The translations under genes were made by a program, and so were the position numbers. Below the pieces are notes generated by a model, which worked only from the letters and a program-made list of their open reading frames with translations, did no database searches and was not told the DNA's origin. DNA of 64,000 nt from an uncultured Veillonellaceae bacterium (GTDB lineage: Bacteria > Bacillota > Negativicutes > JARBTT01): contig CAWDTA010000002.1 of the NCBI GenBank assembly GCA_963805085.1, forward strand, positions 1,408,001 through 1,472,000. Reading direction: 5' to 3'. Shown here one piece after another: positions 9,609 to 20,728 of this stretch (positions are counted from its first letter, which is position 1; each line of letters opens with the position of its first letter).

Positions 9609-11246
9609 TTATTGTGCATGATTTTCGGACTGTTGCCACTCAGTTACATACTCTGTGAGTACTATACGTAATTCACTTCCAATTTTGGCGTAGGCTTCAT
9701 CCTCTAGGTTGGCCAGCGATACTCTGATAGACCAGGGCGGTCCCCCAAATCCACCGCCGTGCAAAAGCACGATGGAAGACTGTTCAGCCAAACGAAACAA
9801 GATGTCCAAGGGGCTATAGTTATTCTTTAGGTAATCGGTAAATTCTTGTCCATAATTCAATATAGACCATTCTTCCATATCAAATTCGGTATAATAATCT
9901 GCGTCGTACGGAAGTTTCGGCTGTTGTAAACCGAGACCTTCATAAAGGAGCTTAATACGGCGATGGCAGATGTCCCTTGTCAATTGTTTATAGCTATCCT
10001 CGGAATCAAGTAGCGTAAAACCAGCGAATAGTGCCATCTGCACCTGTTGGGGTGTTGACAGGCCTGCCGTATGATTTAGGGCTACTTGTCTGCTGTCAGC
10101 AACTATGCGGTCAATAAACTTGAGATTTTCTGGGTGTTGTGTCATTAAGGCATAGCGTTCTTGGAGTGCACTGGCTTTTTCGGCAGTTAATCGATCCAAT
10201 AGTTTATCGAAAACATTACTCTCGTGAACAGCGATACTACCTAGCCGCCAACCTGTTGAACCAAAATACTTGGAAAATGAATACACGCCTATTGTATTAA
10301 ATGGCAAATCAGCTATTAAGGAGCGAAAGTTTTCCACAAATGTCCCATATACGTCATCAGAAATAATCATCAAGTCGGGGTTGTGTTTATGTACAATTTC
10401 GATAAGTCGTTGAATAGATTGCGGACTAATGGCTACTGATGGCGGATTGCTTGGGTTCACAAGAAATAATGCTTTTATTGATGAATCAGCGAGTTTATCA
10501 AGTTCCTTATCTGAATACTGCCAGGTATGTCTTCCGGTGGGATCAATTTCGTCAGCCTTAATTCGGATGACATCAAAGTCATAGGAAGCTAAGTGAGGAA
10601 TTTCAATATATGGAGGGAAAATCGGAGACATTATAGCAACCTTATCCCCGTGGGATAGCAAGTGATTTACTGTCAAAGAGGTAAAAATATAACACATTGC
10701 AGCGGTTGCCCCTTCTACAGCAAACAAATGATATTTGCCGGATGCTGGATTACTCTGACACATTTCCTTGATAAGGAAATCGTGAATGATCATTTCGACA
10801 TGGACTAGCATTCGCTCAGGCATTGGATAGTTGTCACCGGTAATCCCATCAACCAACTCATAAATCCAGTCATCGTCGATAAATCCGTGTACTAAAATGC
10901 CATAATCAATGAAGGCCTTAAGAAATCTTAGCCCGGGTGTCGGTGCGCTTTTTTTGATAAAAGTTTCAAAACGAGCCTGAATCTCGCATCTTTGTGGTTG
11001 CCCGGCAAGGTCTTGCTCTCCCCATATTCGTCGGCATTCCTCAATGGCGAAGTGTCCAAGCAGAAAAAAGGCCTCCCGAGGTGTTGCTGCAATCCAATTA
11101 GGATTGCCTCTACTAGCGTTGAGGAGGGTACGTGTATTCTTTTTTTTGCCTTCAGCAAAGCTTATTAGCTTGGACATAAATTCGAAAGGACTGAGCGTTT
11201 CATATGCTTTATCTGTAATCCGGTTCTTCTCGTAGTTGCGATTCAT
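9609..11246 (-). CDS. asdA: Aspartate 4-decarboxylase / PLP aminotransferase
   Basis: LSPFE, NASRGNPNW, LVNPSNPP, DDVYGTF, YSFSKYFG.TGWRLG, NHTAGLSTPQQ, RVSLANL. Confidence 0.88.
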   Translation of the reverse strand: MNRNYEKNRITDKAYETLSPFEFMSKLISFAEGKKKNTRTLLNASRGNPNWIAATPREAFFLLGHFAIEECRRIWGEQDLAGQPQRCEIQARFETFIKKSAPTPGLRFLKAFIDYGILVHGFIDDDWIYELVDGITGDNYPMPERMLVHVEMIIHDFLIKEMCQSNPASGKYHLFAVEGATAAMCYIFTSLTVNHLLSHGDKVAIMSPIFPPYIEIPHLASYDFDVIRIKADEIDPTGRHTWQYSDKELDKLADSSIKALFLVNPSNPPSVAISPQSIQRLIEIVHKHNPDLMIISDDVYGTFVENFRSLIADLPFNTIGVYSFSKYFGSTGWRLGSIAVHESNVFDKLLDRLTAEKASALQERYALMTQHPENLKFIDRIVADSRQVALNHTAGLSTPQQVQMALFAGFTLLDSEDSYKQLTRDICHRRIKLLYEGLGLQQPKLPYDADYYTEFDMEEWSILNYGQEFTDYLKNNYSPLDILFRLAEQSSIVLLHGGGFGGPPWSIRVSLANLEDEAYAKIGSELRIVLTEYVTEWQQSENHAQ

Positions 11247-11580
11247 CTGAATGAGGTTCCTCCTAAAAAACAATTAACCTAGTTTGATCAGGCCTGTTTT
11301 TATTATTTACGATATAGTTGAAAATATACGAACTCCGCTATAGATGAAAGATGAGTGTCAATCCAAAATTGCAGTATGCAAGCCAAAGAGCGCGGGGACA
11401 GGGGGATGCATCAAAAATTCGGACACTATCTTGTATGTTGAATTTTTGATAAATCATGACAAAGGTTCGAGAAAGCATTCGTTTGTCTCCGAAATACAAA
11501 AGACCATATTTTAAGCTAGCCATGATTGCTCACGATTCTTCATATTTTTGACGTAGACACATATGATGTTCTAGTAAGAG

Positions 11581-12312
11581 GTGTGGGAGGGGAATATGCT
11601 CAACCTATGGTTTTTAAATATAAATAAGACTAGAATATTTTATAGTGTGGCTATTTTCATATTATTTGGCGCTATTCTGGCAGCAATCTTCTTTGATTAC
11701 ATTGACGAACAAGAACTGGCTAGTATAGATAACCAAACGAATATTCCTACAGGGCAAGTTAGCATTATTATTCATGTAAATCAGCAGACGCTAGAAGTAT
11801 ACAGTGATGGACAATTACATAAAAAGTATCGTATAGCTGTGGGAAAAAGCAACACTCCTACGCCTATTGGGGAATGGAATATTGTATGGAAAGCCTATAA
11901 TTGGGGAACGGGGTTTGGCACACGCTGGATGGGGTTAAATGTTCCTTGGGGAATTTACGGAATTCATGGTACTAATAAGCCATGGTCAATTGGTCAATTT
12001 GCCAGTCATGGCTGTATTCGGATGCGTAATAGAGACGTAGAGGAATTGTTTGAATGGGTTCCTATTGGTACCCCGGTAACTATTGAAGGCAGAAAAATAA
12101 AAATTAGAAGAGTTTTAAAATACCAAATGACTGGTTCGGATGTAGCAATACTGCAAATGAAGTTGAGAGAATTAGGATATTTAGAGACACGAGCAGACGG
12201 TATCTTTGGTCTGGTAACCGATGAAGCTATAAAAAAATTTCAAGCAGAACATGGTATTGAGGCTAATGGTATTGTTGATAAGCAAGTGCTGGAGCTATTA
12301 GGATTTTTATAG
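11581..12312 (+). CDS. L,D-transpeptidase (YkuD) with C-terminal peptidoglycan-binding domain
   Basis: IAVGK..TPTP.G, YGIHGT, ASHGCIRM; GSDV..LQ..L...ADGIFG. Confidence 0.9.
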   Translation: MWEGNMLNLWFLNINKTRIFYSVAIFILFGAILAAIFFDYIDEQELASIDNQTNIPTGQVSIIIHVNQQTLEVYSDGQLHKKYRIAVGKSNTPTPIGEWNIVWKAYNWGTGFGTRWMGLNVPWGIYGIHGTNKPWSIGQFASHGCIRMRNRDVEELFEWVPIGTPVTIEGRKIKIRRVLKYQMTGSDVAILQMKLRELGYLETRADGIFGLVTDEAIKKFQAEHGIEANGIVDKQVLELLGFL

Positions 12313-12476
12313 ATATTTTTTATACCGTTCTTAAGGGATTATTTTAAAAATAGCACCATAAACTACTATCCACTTTTTGTTAAAAAGTGCTTATCATTAT
12401 CAGTAAAATTACCGATAAATATAGTGATGGATCAAAAATTACAATAAATGGAGTTAGTAAAAGGAGATGTACTTTT

Positions 12477-12950
12477 ATGAGTGGTGTTAACGGCATCAGT
12501 TCTACTACTGCCGCGTGGAGTAATCTTAACTCTACCGGCAGTACAAGTACAAAAACTTCGAGCGACAGTAAATGGATTGATAAATTGCATGAGATTATCA
12601 ACGGTACTTCTGGTAGTAGTGATAGTGGTAGCAGTAATGGCAGCAAGACGACAATTGAACGCACTGTATCTGCAGGACCAGGTGGATCGATGATTGTTAC
12701 CCTTACACAAGTAACTACAGCAGCAAACGGATCTCGAACTTCAAAAGTTATAAGCAAAACAAAAATGGGTGGATCAACTGATGGTAAAATAGGTGGAAAG
12801 TCTAACAATGGTATTTCATTCACCAATGCACAAGCGCAGGGAATCATGGCAAAAAATAGTATAACATCTAATCATGCCAGCAATGAATATGAGAAAAATA
12901 GTGATATAGGTGCTTATGTTTCAGGAGCGGCTTTAATAAAAGAACGTTAA
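12477..12950 (+). CDS. Ser/Thr/Gly-rich hypothetical protein
   Basis: RBS AAGGAG before ATG 12477; followed by hairpin terminator. Confidence 0.5.
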   Translation: MSGVNGISSTTAAWSNLNSTGSTSTKTSSDSKWIDKLHEIINGTSGSSDSGSSNGSKTTIERTVSAGPGGSMIVTLTQVTTAANGSRTSKVISKTKMGGSTDGKIGGKSNNGISFTNAQAQGIMAKNSITSNHASNEYEKNSDIGAYVSGAALIKER

Positions 12951-12956
12951 ACAAAA

Positions 12957-13008
12957 AAACTTACCCCCAGATTATGCATAAGATGCTTTGCTTTGGGGGT
13001 AAGTTTTT
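12957..13008. terminator. Rho-independent terminator
   Basis: AAACTTACCCCCA...TGGGGGTAAGTTT. Confidence 0.65.
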
Positions 13009-13260
13009 CTGATATGGTATATAAATAGATACTAGGCCACAATTAAGTGCGTACTTGTAGAAAAAGATAATATGTTTTAAATTATATCTGAGAGTATTTC
13101 TGGAGAAAATGTAAGGCGAGGATTCTGTTTAGAAAATGGAATGATTATGTAACGATTCTAAATGGAAAGGGTCGCAATTGCATTTTTTATCAGTTGCTGT
13201 TTAAAAATAGGCAGGTTCATAAATCTTGAGAATGCCTAAATTAATAAGGGGGAAAAGTAT

Positions 13261-13560
13261 ATGATTATTCTGGTTGCTGCTATGAAAGCGAAACAAGGTA
13301 GAGAAGCTGAACTTGAGGCTGCCTTGAAATCGGTAATACCAAAGGTCGAACTTGAAAAAGGCACACTTAAGTACGTGTTACATCGTGCGCAGGACGATGC
13401 GGGTCAATTTCTTTTTTATGAAAAATATGCTGATAAAGAAGCCCTTGATTTCCACGGTTCTACACCTTATCTGAAAGAATTATTTAGTACCATTCCTGAG
13501 TTATTGGCTGAAAAGCCATCTGTTACTTTATATGAAGAAGTTGCGGCCGCAAAAAAATAA
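13261..13560 (+). CDS. Putative quinol monooxygenase (ABM family)
   Basis: E.GTL.Y.LH, FLFYEKY, ALDFH..TPY. Confidence 0.85.
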   Translation: MIILVAAMKAKQGREAELEAALKSVIPKVELEKGTLKYVLHRAQDDAGQFLFYEKYADKEALDFHGSTPYLKELFSTIPELLAEKPSVTLYEEVAAAKK

Positions 13561-13656
13561 TGTTTTGCCGCTGCAAAAATATTCAGATTGGAATCAATTC
13601 TGGTCGAAGTATGTAATTTTAAGAAGTAACCGTTATATGATTAAGCTATAGGGGGA

Positions 13657-14301
13657 ATGAGCATGGAAGTGCAAAACTGGCATAAAGAGGCAATCGGAAA
13701 AAAGGTCGTCGAAACTTTAATAAAAAACGAATTTGATGCTGTGTATGTATCAACGGCCGAGGAAGCGGCGACTTTTATCATGGATCATGTAAAACCTGAA
13801 ACTAAAGTCGGGTTTGGCGGGTCAATGACGATAAAAAATATGGGAATTCAAGATAAAGTGAAAGCAGTCGGCGGCACAGTTTTGGATCACGGGGAACCCG
13901 ATCTCACGAGGGAAGAAAGGGTAGCTGTCGCAAGAGAAGAATTGTTAAGTGATTTATACCTATGCAGCAGCAATGCAATTACGTTGGACGGCAAGCTTGT
14001 CAATATAGACGGAATGGGAAATCGAGTCAGTGCACTGAGTTTTGGTCCTAAAAAAGTAATCGTGGTCGTTAGTACAGATAAAATATGTAAAGATGAAAAA
14101 GCGGCCTTTGAAAGATTAGAAGGCATTGCGGCGCCGATGAACAATAAAAGATTGGACACCGAAAACCCATGTACAAAAACAGGGGGATGTGTCAATTGTC
14201 AAACTAAAACCAGAATATGCAGAGTCTATTCGGTAATAAGGAAGAAGCCGGTAGCAGCGGATATCTCTGTAATCATTATGGGGGAGAGTGCTGGATACTA
14301 A
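13657..14301 (+). CDS. LUD-domain (lactate utilisation) protein
   Basis: VGFGGSMT, SSNAITLDG.LVNIDG.GNRV, PC..TG.C.NC. Confidence 0.85.
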   Translation: MSMEVQNWHKEAIGKKVVETLIKNEFDAVYVSTAEEAATFIMDHVKPETKVGFGGSMTIKNMGIQDKVKAVGGTVLDHGEPDLTREERVAVAREELLSDLYLCSSNAITLDGKLVNIDGMGNRVSALSFGPKKVIVVVSTDKICKDEKAAFERLEGIAAPMNNKRLDTENPCTKTGGCVNCQTKTRICRVYSVIRKKPVAADISVIIMGESAGY

Positions 14302-14433
14302 GGTTATAAGCGTGTTGTAGGTAGCCTTTGTTCAATTGATAGACGAGGGCTGCTTGACTCATGCGCTAGGAAAGATTATAATGAATGTCAAATAAGTGTA
14401 TATGCACATAAAAGCAAAGACAGGAAAAAAGTT

Positions 14434-14877
14434 ATGAAAAATATCAATCAAGTTTATCCTAAAGAATCTAGTCCGTGTAATTGTATGAATATTCGCCGGG
14501 CTTCTCGGGCTGTTACACAGTTTTATGATGAAGTCTTAAAACCGAGTGGCCTTACCATTAGTCAAATGGGATTGCTACGACACATTGAGGTTGCGGAAAA
14601 GATTACGATTAGTGACTTAGCAAAGATGATGCGTATTGACCGTACGACTCTAAACCGTAATATGAAGCCATTAGATGATACAGGATTGCTTGTGATTAAA
14701 ACGGGGGAAGATTCCCGTACCCGACAAATATCGCTTACAGATGAAGGAAAAGTTGCAGTTGATAATGCATGGAAACTGTGGGGAGAGGCACAGTCTTCGC
14801 TGAAAGAATATCTTGGCAAAGAGGATTTAGGTAAACTTACACAGTTACTAGCAAAGTTAGAGGCAATAATTCCTTAA
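14434..14877 (+). CDS. MarR family regulator
   Basis: C.CMNIRRASR.VTQFYD, DRTTL.RN, D.R.R..LT. Confidence 0.9.
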   Translation: MKNINQVYPKESSPCNCMNIRRASRAVTQFYDEVLKPSGLTISQMGLLRHIEVAEKITISDLAKMMRIDRTTLNRNMKPLDDTGLLVIKTGEDSRTRQISLTDEGKVAVDNAWKLWGEAQSSLKEYLGKEDLGKLTQLLAKLEAIIP

Positions 14878-14939
14878 GTAAAAATTAAATAAACCCATTA
14901 AAAATGTTTTAATACTAAAACATTTTTATAATAAAAATA

Positions 14940-14951
14940 GTGTATATACAC
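14940..14951. promoter_or_regulatory. Palindromic probable MarR operator GTGTATATACAC (second copy GTGTATATGCAC at 14396-14407)
   Basis: Same palindrome upstream of marR and of the next gene. Confidence 0.55.
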
Positions 14952-14981
14952 GTAATAGAAAATTACAAGGAGGCATATTAA

Positions 14982-15830
14982 GTGGAAGATTTAATTAGAG
15001 ATCAAGTTAAGAAGTATGTGTTGGAAGGTGAAAATAACTGGTTTTCGGAGATTGATGACCATTGGTTCGATGAACCTATTGTACAATTTGCATCTGCAGA
15101 TGATCCTTTATTCAAAGAATACAAAGAAATCATTGGCCAATATCATCTAACACCCAAAGAAATTTTTGAGTTATCGCTTGGCACAGGCAGTTATCAGGGA
15201 GGAACGGTCATAAGTGTCGTACTGCCAATAAACGAAAAAATTAGAGAAAGTAATGGCAGGCAAACAATATGGCCATCCAAAGAATGGGCGTTGCTGCGTA
15301 CGCATGAGAAAAAATATTTTGCGGATTTTACTAATTTTTTGAAAGATTTATTGCAGAGTAGAGGATACAGATCTGTAGCGCCATGCCATTCAGAGTGGTT
15401 TAAAATGGTAAATGAGCCCAAAGGACCATCGTCAAACTGGTCAGAACGGCATATTGCCTATGCGGCAGGTCTTGGAACTTTTTCAATAAACGATGCTTTC
15501 ATTACCGAAAAAGGGATTGCAGTAGAGCTGCTTTCCGTTGTAACAGAATTAAAGTTAACACCTGATCGTAGAGAGGCTAAAAATCATACCGAAAACTGCT
15601 TGCTGTGCAGTAAGGGGATTTGTGGGGCTTGTATTAAACGGTGCCCTGTAAATGCGATATCTGTGGAAGGACATGATAAGATAAAATGTTATAACTATGC
15701 GTATGGTGAGGAAGCAAAGAAACTAGCAGAATCTTATGGGGGAAATCCAGCGGTAGGAGCAGGCTGTGGATTATGTCGGACAAAAGTTCCTTGCCAAAGT
15801 AGAAATCCAATGAAAAGTAATTTGAAATAA
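14982..15830 (+). CDS. Epoxyqueuosine reductase-like 4Fe-4S protein
   Basis: SNWSERHIAYAAGLGTF, CG.CI.RCP, GCGLC...VPC. Confidence 0.8.
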   Translation: MEDLIRDQVKKYVLEGENNWFSEIDDHWFDEPIVQFASADDPLFKEYKEIIGQYHLTPKEIFELSLGTGSYQGGTVISVVLPINEKIRESNGRQTIWPSKEWALLRTHEKKYFADFTNFLKDLLQSRGYRSVAPCHSEWFKMVNEPKGPSSNWSERHIAYAAGLGTFSINDAFITEKGIAVELLSVVTELKLTPDRREAKNHTENCLLCSKGICGACIKRCPVNAISVEGHDKIKCYNYAYGEEAKKLAESYGGNPAVGAGCGLCRTKVPCQSRNPMKSNLK

Positions 15831-16144
15831 ATAGATTGCGAGTGGGTGATACATTAAATTTCCATTAACAAGCTGGTGTGGTTAACGTTTCCACGTCAAA
15901 TTTGTATTAGCTTTCAATCAGTCTGATATAATTTCATTGTTTTGGTTCCAGCAATAGAATGGAGAAAGCGTGTTATCGTGAAATTTGATAAATTAGTTGA
16001 TCTTAAGTAAGTCAAACATAAAACAAGATTCCAGGAGAGATGTTCCTTTATTAGCATGAACGCTAAAAGAAGAAATTTTCACTGTTTATCAATGATTGCC
16101 GATGGATATGTTTTAGAAGGAAAGTTAAGACAGTGTTAAATTTC

Positions 16145-16280
16145 AATAGAATATAAAGAGTAAAAAGTAAACTACTGCTAAATTTGTATTATTTAGCAGT
16201 AGTTTACTTTTTTACGAGAATATGTAGGTTTCGTATCAAAAAAACGAAGGCAGGCAAGAGGGGAAGAGCGTCTCACCTGT
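16145..16280 (+). repeat. Array element, covarying extended hairpin
   Basis: AAAGTAAACTACTGCTAAAT...ATTTAGCAGTAGTTTACTTT. Confidence 0.85.
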
Positions 16281-16324
16281 ACAAACGCTTTCGTTCTTAG
16301 TACAGTTGTATAAGCGTAATGCTT

Positions 16325-17812
16325 TTATTTTTCTGGATAGAAGCCTGAAGGTTCTTCGGAAAGATTAATCATGATATTTTTCATCTGTGTATAGTGATCT
16401 AGAATTACTTTGTGTGTTTCTCGTCCTATACCAGATTGTTTATAGCCACCAAATGGTGCTCCTTCAGGGATCGCATTATAAGTATTGACCCACATACGAC
16501 CAGTGTCAATAGAGCGGGCTACACGAATCGCGCGATTGATATCTCTTGTCCAAACTGCGCCACCAAGACCAAAGATACTGTCGTTTGCCATCTCGATGAC
16601 ATCAGCCTCATCTTTAAACTTAATCACAACAGCAACAGGTCCGAATATTTCTTCTTGAGCAACGCGCATATTATTGGTTACATTCACTAAGAGTGTTGGA
16701 CGTAAGAAACAGCCTTTACTCATATCACCGTCAGTTATTCGTTCTCCACCGCAAGCAACGATTGCTCCTTCAGCTTTACCGAGTTCAATACATTCAAGGA
16801 CTTTTTTCACCTGAGACTCATTGACTTGTGCCCCCATTTGCGTATCTTTATCCCAAGGCATACCGACTTTTACCGCATTGAAACGTTTTACGGCTTCTTC
16901 GACAAATTTATCATAAATATCTTCTTGCACGAAAACGCGTGAGCCTGCGCAGCATACTTGTCCCTGATTAAATAAGATACCAAGCTGCACACCATCCATT
17001 GCCATATCCCATTTGCAATCATTGAAGAAAATATTTGCCGATTTACCGCCTAATTCTAATGTGGATGGAATGATTTTATCCGCAGCGGCTCTAGCAACAG
17101 ATAAGCCGATATCTGTTGAACCAGTGAATGCAAGCTTGCTAAAACATGGGTGGTCAAGAATATACTGTCCGGATCTAGAACCAGAACCAGTAATGACATT
17201 AAATACCCCCGCCGGAATAACATCTTGAATTAATTTGGCTAATTCTAAAATACTTAATGACGTTGTACTAGACGGTTTAAATACAGTACAACAGCCACTT
17301 GCTAAAACAGGTGCTAATTTCCATGCTCCCATGAGAAATGGAAAATTCCAAGGAACAATTTGTCCAACAACGCCAATTGGTTCACGGAGAATAAGACTAA
17401 GCATCTTATCTCCGAGCATATTTGCACTGCCTTCTTCCGCCATAATACAACCGGCAAAATAGCGGAAATGCTGCGCGGCTAAAGGAATATCGATTGCCAG
17501 TGTTTCACGAATCGGTTTTCCATTATCTAAAGATTCAACCATGGCCAAGTGTTCAGCGTTTGCATCAATGATGTCAGCAATTTTGTTTAGAATTGCTGCA
17601 CGCTCATTGGTTGTAGTTTTTTTCCAAAGTTTAAATGCTTTCCATGCAACTTCAACAGCTTCATCCACATCTTCTTTTGTCGCTTGAGCGCATTTGGCAA
17701 GTAATTTGCCATTTGCAGGACAAGTGGTTTTAAATTCAGCGCCATCAGAAGCATCTTTCCACTGACCGTTAATAAATAATTGATACTTATCCTGGATTTC
17801 TACTGATTTCAT
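16325..17812 (-). CDS. NAD-dependent aldehyde dehydrogenase
   Basis: PWNFP, FTGST, LELGGKS, NQGQVCCAGSR, EEIFGPV, PFGGYKQSG. Confidence 0.95.
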   Translation of the reverse strand: MKSVEIQDKYQLFINGQWKDASDGAEFKTTCPANGKLLAKCAQATKEDVDEAVEVAWKAFKLWKKTTTNERAAILNKIADIIDANAEHLAMVESLDNGKPIRETLAIDIPLAAQHFRYFAGCIMAEEGSANMLGDKMLSLILREPIGVVGQIVPWNFPFLMGAWKLAPVLASGCCTVFKPSSTTSLSILELAKLIQDVIPAGVFNVITGSGSRSGQYILDHPCFSKLAFTGSTDIGLSVARAAADKIIPSTLELGGKSANIFFNDCKWDMAMDGVQLGILFNQGQVCCAGSRVFVQEDIYDKFVEEAVKRFNAVKVGMPWDKDTQMGAQVNESQVKKVLECIELGKAEGAIVACGGERITDGDMSKGCFLRPTLLVNVTNNMRVAQEEIFGPVAVVIKFKDEADVIEMANDSIFGLGGAVWTRDINRAIRVARSIDTGRMWVNTYNAIPEGAPFGGYKQSGIGRETHKVILDHYTQMKNIMINLSEEPSGFYPEK

Positions 17813-18024
17813 AATATTCCCACCTCTTCAAAATAAATAATTAATTAACTAATTAAAGAAAGAATATCACGTATAGTTTAATTATTCAATAGTTAGAAAA
17901 TATTGTATATATAATTTTGGTGCATACGATGATAGCTAAAATTTATATGCAGAGAGACGGTACTGTGCTCTAGTATGTTTTAGAAGAATAAAAAGATGTC
18001 GTCCCTTTATCGTTACATATAGCA

Positions 18025-18122
18025 GTAAAAAACTATTACGGATTTTTGTATGAATTTGGCGGGCGTTTAAGCTTATATGAGACTATGTAATTTTAACGTT
18101 AGAAGGTAATGAGAAGGTGATA
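18025..18122 (+). repeat. Array element, degenerate
   Basis: TGTATGAATTTGGCGGG...ATGAGACTATGTAA. Confidence 0.7.
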
Positions 18123-18623
18123 GAAAGTCTCTGCTTAAAACCTATAGAAGAGTTAAAGAGATAGAGTTTATTGATACTATAAAAAATATTTATGCTGATA
18201 AAAAAAAATTGTATCTCCCGCAGAGTAAAATGAAAATATAGAAGAAGCTACTGAATTCATGAAATCAATGTAAAATACTTAGATATCGATTGATTACATG
18301 AAAAGGTGCTGCAGCTTTTTATCAAAGAATTTCAATATTATTGGATGATGGTTATGAATTATATGGATCATCAGCAAGTACTTTTAACGGAATGGATGTC
18401 ATTGTGATTAAGGTAGCAGCCAAGATGTTTGCACTCACATCACGCAGGTACGGTCAAGATAACCTTTCGTAATGTGATCCTGAGTATTCTGAGGTATTAA
18501 GATAACAATATCCAAGCATAGTACCTCCTTATTTAGTACTTACATTTAGCATATCCAAAAGATATATCAAAATTCTTCAAAAATTTTTGTTTCGCTCATT
18601 AAAGTGCTATATTTTGATAGCTT

Positions 18624-18718
18624 TCGTATGAATTTGGCAGGATTTTTGAGCTTTTATGAGAATATGTAATTTTAATATCAAAAGTTTGATGGCAAGGTAA
18701 CAGTAAAGAAATGTACCT
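18624..18718 (+). repeat. Array element, right arm and tail
   Basis: GTATGAATTTGGCAGGA...GATGGCAAGG. Confidence 0.85.
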
Positions 18719-18858
18719 ATTGTTTTCCTGGACTTTCATTGAAAAATCAGAAAGAATTACTGTGTCAAAAGTAAGCATTTAAGAATAGAACAGTAATGAT
18801 TGAAACATTTTAATAATAGCGAGCTTTAAGAAACCATTTGAGGAAGGACTAATGCCCA

Positions 18859-19671
18859 ATGAAAATTATTGATGCACATATCCATTTCTGCCAAGAACCT
18901 TATTTTGACGACATTGCAGAATTGGCAGGACATAAAAATACCAATGCACATCTGAAAGAGCAATATGCTGAGAACAACATTGTTCATGGTGTGATCATGG
19001 GCAATCGGAGTCTGCAATTAAGCGAACACGATTATCCTGACAATCTTAGCTACTGCATTGGGCTCGATAGCAACTGTTTCAAAGAGGAAGAGGTCGTGCA
19101 GCAGGCTTATTTAGTAGAAAAACATTTGCAAAGAAAGAATTGCGTGGGTATTAAGCTATATCCGGGCTATAATCACTTTTATGTTTACGATTCTGTGCTT
19201 GACCCGTTTTATCGACTAGCAATACAGTATAAAAAACCAGTAGCTATTCATACCGGATTGACAGCGACCAGCAATGCGCTGTTAAAATATAGTCATCCTA
19301 TGACTTTGGATGAGGTAGCGGTACGCTATCCTCAGGTTCAGTTTGTCATGTGTCATATTGGAAATCCTTGGATAGTAGACGCTATCGCGGTCATTGAGAA
19401 AAATAAAAATGTAGCTGCCGATCTTTCGGGAATTTTAGAAGGCCGAATTGATAACATGCAGGATTTTTTTGAAAAAAAACGCGGATATATTAACTTCCTA
19501 AAATTATGGCTGGAATACTTGGATAACTACGACCGCCTGCTATACGGGACAGATTGGCCACTGGCTAACATTTCGAATTATATTGAGTTTGTCGCGCATA
19601 TTATTCCAGAAAAATATCATGACAAAGTGTTTTTTGAAAATGCCAACAGGATTTATAATCTTGGTCTTTGA
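18859..19671 (+). CDS. Amidohydrolase family protein
   Basis: IIDAHIH, GIKLYPGY, IHTG, CHIGNP, YGTDWP. Confidence 0.9.
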   Translation: MKIIDAHIHFCQEPYFDDIAELAGHKNTNAHLKEQYAENNIVHGVIMGNRSLQLSEHDYPDNLSYCIGLDSNCFKEEEVVQQAYLVEKHLQRKNCVGIKLYPGYNHFYVYDSVLDPFYRLAIQYKKPVAIHTGLTATSNALLKYSHPMTLDEVAVRYPQVQFVMCHIGNPWIVDAIAVIEKNKNVAADLSGILEGRIDNMQDFFEKKRGYINFLKLWLEYLDNYDRLLYGTDWPLANISNYIEFVAHIIPEKYHDKVFFENANRIYNLGL

Positions 19672-19819
19672 GAAGTATAAATGCTAGTGATCCCCCACAA
19701 CAAAAACTGATATATAGGGGCGGCAGAAGGGTCTTTTTACAGTGCTTCAAAAATTCGGATGCTTCCTTTTATCTGTTGAAACATTAACCAATTATTTATA
19801 TAAATCAGCTAAATATGAT

Positions 19820-19957
19820 AAATAAAATATAAAAGTAAAAATGAAACTCCTGCTGGATTCTGTATGAATTTGGCAGGAGTTTTGAGCTTATATGAGAATA
19901 TGTAATTTTGATATCAAAAAGTCAATGGCGAGGTTGAGGAGAGTGAACTGGCGGAGG
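19820..19957 (+). repeat. Array element, partial long tail
   Basis: Core 19844-19882; GGTTGAGGAG tail. Confidence 0.92.
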
Positions 19958-19984
19958 CACATATTACCTTGATAGGAGTAACAT

Positions 19985-20728
19985 ATGGAATTATTAAATA
20001 CAGGTCATTATTTGCGTTCTATAAAATTATTGCGAAATGAAATAGATAGTTTCAATCAATATCCCTTTTCTTTACCAGTTTTTCGTGAGTTAGATTGTTT
20101 GGCGTTTCATCCACAGGTTACCTTTATTATTGGCGAAAATGGTACGGGAAAATCCACACTTTTAGAGGCAATTGCTATTGCATTGGAATTTAATCCGGAA
20201 GGAGGAACACGCAATTTTAATTTTTTTACAAGAGATTCTCATTCCCAGTTGCATAAGTATTTTCATTTAATTCGAGGCGCTAGAAAACCTAGGGATGGAT
20301 TTTTTTTGCGTGCAGAAAGCTTTTATAATCTTGCGACAGAAATAGATGAACTTAAAATCAGTGATTTTTATGGAGGTCGATCTTTGCATGACCAGTCACA
20401 TGGAGAGGCTTTTTTTGCGATTTTTATGAACAAGTTTAGAGGAAATGGATTATATATATTAGATGAGCCAGAGGCAGCATTATCGCCTACGCGGCAAATG
20501 GCAATGCTCTCAAGAATGCATGAATTAGTGAATCAGCAATCACAATTTATTATTGCAACTCATTCACCTATTATAATGGGGTATCCAGATGCAATGATTT
20601 TGCAAATAGCAAATAATAGTATTGAAGTTATTGAATACGAAAGAACAGAGCATTATATTGTAATGAAACAATTTATGAACAACCGCAAAAAAATGTTGAA
20701 AGTATTGTTAGAAGATGAGAGGTATTAG
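19985..20728 (+). CDS. AAA/ABC-type ATPase (COG3910-like)
   Basis: GENGTGKST, SHGE, LDEPEAALSP, IIATHSP. Confidence 0.9.
   Translation: MELLNTGHYLRSIKLLRNEIDSFNQYPFSLPVFRELDCLAFHPQVTFIIGENGTGKSTLLEAIAIALEFNPEGGTRNFNFFTRDSHSQLHKYFHLIRGARKPRDGFFLRAESFYNLATEIDELKISDFYGGRSLHDQSHGEAFFAIFMNKFRGNGLYILDEPEAALSPTRQMAMLSRMHELVNQQSQFIIATHSPIIMGYPDAMILQIANNSIEVIEYERTEHYIVMKQFMNNRKKMLKVLLEDERY

Noticed and set aside
18259-18430. Possible DUF1737-like remnant (FYQRISILLDDGYELYGS)
   Set aside because: Too short and broken to call without a search
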